Assembly: GCA_026914245.1 (NCBI GenBank)
Contig: CP110440.1
Span: 2,232,001 to 2,296,000 of the forward strand
Direction of reading: 5' to 3'
Origin: Puccinia triticina
Lineage: Eukaryota
DNA length: 64,000 nt
Part shown: in pieces, positions 59,801 to 64,000 of the stretch
Position numbering within the stretch: the stretch's first letter is position 1
Layout of the letters: every line of letters begins with the position of its first letter
Made by a program: the position numbers and the translations under genes
The notes under the pieces: generated by a model
Told to the model about the DNA's origin: nothing
Seen by the model: the letters and a program-made list of their open reading frames with translations, nothing else
Database searches by the model: none

Positions 59801-62600
59801 TTATTGGGTTGTCCGGCTCAACGACAGGAAAGTCATTGAAACTCGGCATGCTTACTTTGATGAGTCAATCTTTCCTCGTCTATCAGCAATCAATCCGAGC
59901 TTTGACTCCTTCAGCAATTCCCCATTCGCAGAAATCATATCATCTCCCGTCCTTCCATTTGAGCTCAGCGACCAAGGCACGACCTCAACCCCCGCACCTG
60001 ACAACAACCACCAATCTGCAGCTCAGGAAGAAGCGGGCGAGCAAGAGCGGATGGATCTTGATGAGGAAGAAATCGATGTCAACAATGAGCAAGACCCGCA
60101 AGAGCCGCCTCGGCAGAGACTCATCATTCATGGACCCCGGCATCCTACCCTGATTCAAAGCAATGTCGACAAAGCCAACATCCTTCGGTACCCCAGACGT
60201 CGTCCTCAAGCCTTCTCAGCCACAACGGTGGAACCCAAGAATCACCGACAGGCTATGCAAAGCGTCGACTGCGCTCGATGGAAAGAGGCTGAAGAGAAGG
60301 AAGTTCAAAATATGATCGATCATAATGTCTGGACAGAAATCCCTTACAAAGAAGGCATGAATCCGATTCCATCCACCTGGGCCTACCGGAAAAATCTTGG
60401 CTCCAACAATGAAGTCATTGAATACAAAGCGAGGATCTGCGCTCAGGGATTTCGACAAACATACGGTTTGAATTTCGACTTGAAATACGCCCCAACGGGA
60501 AAACCCTTCTCTCTTTGATTTCTTTTGTTGTTTGCAACCACTAACAATCTGCTCATTCATCAACTAGATGTTAAATCAGCCTTCCTCACCTGCAATCTGA
60601 AGGAAACCGTCTACTTGACTCCTCCTCCCGGTTTCAAACCCGAGTCTCGACTCCTCCTCAAGCTCAACAAAGCAATATACGGGCTCAAGCAAGCATCTCT
60701 GGCATGGTACAACAGGCTCAGTGAATTCCTTGTCTCCATCGGTTTCAGCATTTCAACTGCGGACCCTTGTGTTTTCTGGAAACTGGACGGAATCCCCACT
60801 TGGATTTTTGCTCACGTGGACGACCTTGTAATCATCAGCCGGGACCCCTCTTCATTTCGCAAGAAGATGGAAAAAGAGTTCAAAATTAAATACATAGGCA
60901 AAGCATTGTTTCTTCTCTGCATGAAGCTTGACAACACTGACTCTGGCTTCATCCTTCACTAAGTCCAGTACATCGAGCGCAAGCTGGTTGAATTTAACGC
61001 GGCTGAACTCCCTCCCTCGTCTTGTCCTCTCAATCCAAAAATCCATCTCGCCAAAGCCACCCAGCAAGACATCAATCAACTAACCCCGCTCAATGTCAAT
61101 TACCGAGCGTTGATTGGCTCTCTCAACTATCTCAGCATCCTGACAAGACCAGATATATCCTACGCCGTCAGCAAGCTCTTGCAATACCTTGAGAACCCCG
61201 GCTTATCGCACTACACGGCCGCCATTCAAGTATTTCGCTACCTGAAGGGCACCAGGACGACAGGGCTTTCCTTCATCCAAAGAGGGGTCACGCCCTTGTT
61301 TGCCTCCGTTGACGCCGATTGGGCAAACTGCCCAGATTCAAGACGCTCTCATACCGGATACCTTATCACCCTGAACACTCATCTGATTTCCTGGAAGTCC
61401 TGCAAGCAGCAAACCGTCTCCCTATCATCAACGGAAGCAGAGTACAAAGCACTCTCAGACGCCAGCAAGGAAGTCGTCTGGCTCACAAACCTCATCAGTG
61501 AAATCGCCCCCGAAACCAGCAAACAATCACCAATTCCAATCGTGTCCGTCGACAACAAGGGAGCGATTGATCTCGCCCTCAGCCAAACCAGTCAGAACGG
61601 TTTCCGCACGAAACACATGGATCTGCGCCTCCACCACGTTCGTGAACTCATCAAGAATCATCGGATCAAGCTTCAATATGTGCAATCTCAGAACAACACA
61701 TCCGACTTCTTAACAAAGCCTGTCGGTCGTACATCAATCCGGCGAGCTCTGGCTCCTCTGATGCTGCAAGCAACCTCAAAGTCTGCTTGTCACGTTGCCG
61801 CTCCAAGCATGGGAGCCTGTCAGATTCTGGGAAACGGAGTTGACCGCTTTCTCTCCTGTAAGTCTCCTTTGGGTCAAGCGGCGCTGTTGTCTCAACCAGC
61901 CATTTCCCAAGTTGACCATTTATTATCCTAAAACCCTTACCATAGCCTTAGCAAGCGAGGTTTCAGCCTTTAACCCTGACCCCTGGTCAGGTGCGGCGCC
62001 TGTAGCTCCAGAACCCTGAACGAGTCAGTGAGAATGGAGCACCGATTCGTCGGAACCCACAACCAGTCAGTACACTGACCTGTGACTATAAATAAGAGGA
62101 CTGTCCCCGCCAGAAGCTAACTGGTTCTTCATCTCCTCTTCACGCTTGCTTACCCGCTCATCCACACAGTTTCTCCAACACCTTTTCCTGCAATCTTCAC
62201 GAGTAAAAGTCTAAACCTACATAAACATTTCACACTTCTAATCTTGTCTCGCCTGCTTAGGCCTAATCCTGTCTTTGCCAAACCTTGAACCTAATATCGT
62301 CATCAGACTCATCCTGTCCTGTTCTAAATTCTCACTCTCGCTATCTTCGCGCTATCCCAATTCATTTTACACTTTTTCATTGTCATTGAATATCTTGTCC
62401 GGTCACCTTAATCTTGTCTTGCAGCTACCCAACCAAGATCCTATTGGCCGTACCATTCTTCTCTCACACCAACTACTCTTTGATCATACCCTTGCTCTTA
62501 GGTAAGAGCAAAAGATTGTTTTTCCTTGATTTGTCTCTTTCTTTAAACGGTCAATGATCTGACCCGAATAAAAATGCTCTTAGCTCTGCTTAATCTCACA
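56899..62600 (+). mobile_element. Ty1/Copia LTR retrotransposon (Copia-2), full length
   Basis: Near-identical 783-bp LTRs at 56899-57681 and 61818-62600 with TG..CA ends; exact TSD TACAC. Confidence 0.96.
57753..61931 (+). pseudogene. Copia gag-pol with two in-frame stops (60516 TGA, 60960 TAA)
   Basis: VLDSGASHH, WHIRLGH..CDSC, TDGGGEF, NGVAERAN, QLDVKSAFL, HVDDL, VDADWA and STEAEY, all in one frame. The frame runs ~110 bp into the 3' LTR. Confidence 0.93.
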
Positions 62601-63277
62601 TACACGTTGTAAGCATAATTTCCTGTAAGCATAGGATTTCCGTCCGCCATTTTTGGTTACCGCAAGTTTGATGCTTTTTATGCATAATGCACAATGCATA
62701 AAAAATTGAGGGGAGAAAACAGAAATATGCTTATATAGGACTGGGAAAAGAGGCCAAGTGGCCATGGATACTACTGATCTCCATCTTGGAAACCACAACA
62801 ATCTCTGAACTACAGCTCAGCAACCTCAAAAATTTTGGCCAGTGAGCAGGTAAAAGCTCCTTTCCCCAGAATCCTTGCAATATCCCAATCACCTGCTTCC
62901 CAAATATCTTAAGCCACATAATGTAAGCATAAACTGCCCTGGGAATTTACAATGCTTATAAAGGCCAGTCTTATATAAGCAATAATTGATTTATGCTTAC
63001 TTTGCTACAAAGCATTCCTCAATGTAAGCATAGGATTTGTGTCCACCATCCTTATGCTCACATGGCGGGGTCACTGTATGAACTCGGTTTGTATCTAACC
63101 CAACTCTAAGATAATCTAGTGGAAGATGTTGGCTCCGTGGGTAGATTTGGCCTTGGGCCTTATCTGACATCTGTCAGGTGCACCACGGGGAAAAAATATA
63201 TAAAATGTGATTGCCCCCAGTGATCAACAAAACCGGAAATTTTGGAAAATCATCCAACAATTCTGCAAAACACAATA

Positions 63278-63478
63278 GGGGGGTTCACAATAGGATAAAA
63301 ATAAAACTTGAGAGCTAATTTTAAGGCCTTTATGAACAACTTTTCAAAAAATAAAGACTTTGCTCTGATTCTCAGGGGATACCCAGTCCTGTACACCTTG
63401 CCAGATTGTTAAAAATTTGTTGATAAAGACCTTCAAATTGACTCTAAAATTTTACTTTTATCCTATTGTGAACCCCCC
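63278..63478. mobile_element. Small MITE
   Basis: TIRs GGGGGGTTCACAATAGGATAAAA / TTTTATCCTATTGTGAACCCCCC, flanked by TA. Confidence 0.75.
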
Positions 63479-63645
63479 TAATATGTGTGTTGAAACTATA
63501 TAAAGATAGATGATGGTGGTATGTCACTGGTGTGTAGTAAGGAATGAGAGGGGATTGATAAATGTATATGTAGCAAGGGATGAGGGATGATGAGTGATTC
63601 AATCTTGGCCCTTGCCAATGTAGCACTGCAGATGCACTGAAATTT

Positions 63646-63986
63646 TCACAAGCTTCTCCTGAAAGGGGAAAAAATTGAATCAAACAGAATCATGTGAATC
63701 ATGACGAAAAGCCAAGGGCCAACCGTCACTATTACAAGAAATTTTTCGGCAAGCCCAACCTTGAGTCTTTCGCGCTGTTCAGCAATCTCAATATCCGAAG
63801 TCGGTTCTTCTTCTATGACGACCGGTCGTCGACAACTTGGGCAATAAGCCTTTCCTGCGACGCAAGGTTTGTGAAATTCATGGCCACACCTACTACATTG
63901 TGTGATTCCTTGACCTCCAACACCTCCCCCACAGACAAGACAGCTCTTTGTTCCACCACGATATACGGCTGCTTCCTGTTCGTCGG
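63646..63986 (-). CDS. Last exon of a RING-H2 finger protein with C-terminal hydrophobic segment (5' part outside the window; absent from the ORF track)
   Basis: After a TAG acceptor: DEQEAAVYRGGTKSCLVC..CGHEFHKPC..YCPSCRRP..FLVIVTVGPWLFVMIHMILF..SL*. Matches C3H2C3 spacing. Confidence 0.75.
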
Positions 63987-64000
63987 CTATATGTATATGA

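Larger units (their letters stand above)
56872..63076. mobile_element. Tc1/mariner-type MITE (~500 bp) split by Copia-2
   Basis: TIRs CAGTGACCCCGCCATGT / ACATGGCGGGGTCACTG, TA on both sides, internal TAAGCAT repeats. Confidence 0.88.

Noticed and set aside
57356..62505. Duplicated 76-aa ORFs (also the 72-aa pair at 22354 and 27362)
   Set aside because: They lie within LTR pairs and show no protein features.

Overview
Repeat-rich eukaryotic DNA, most likely from a rust fungus (Pucciniales). This is inferred from the intron style, the TE repertoire and TpCpG-biased C-to-T decay. Host genes: a meiotic HORMAD (Hop1-like, with PHD finger) and a VPS9-CUE Rab GEF form a small gene island at 31-38 kb, and the last exon of a RING-H2 + transmembrane gene sits at the right edge. 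WD40, LrgAB-like and W-x-Q-repeat gene fragments are broken. The rest is nested mobile DNA: a 173-bp satellite that flips orientation, a full MULE (MULE-SWIM-OTU), two full-length Copia elements, an apparently intact hAT, two foldback elements built from palindromic units, solo LTRs and at least eight MITEs. The most striking feature is a 571-bp miniature LTR element (TRIM, 4453-5023, TSD ATTTT) whose two 183-bp LTRs each carry a tRNA-shaped Pol III cassette. A second is a Copia whose primer-binding site matches the tRNA-Tyr anticodon loop rather than a tRNA 3' end. All calls were made by eye, without database searches.
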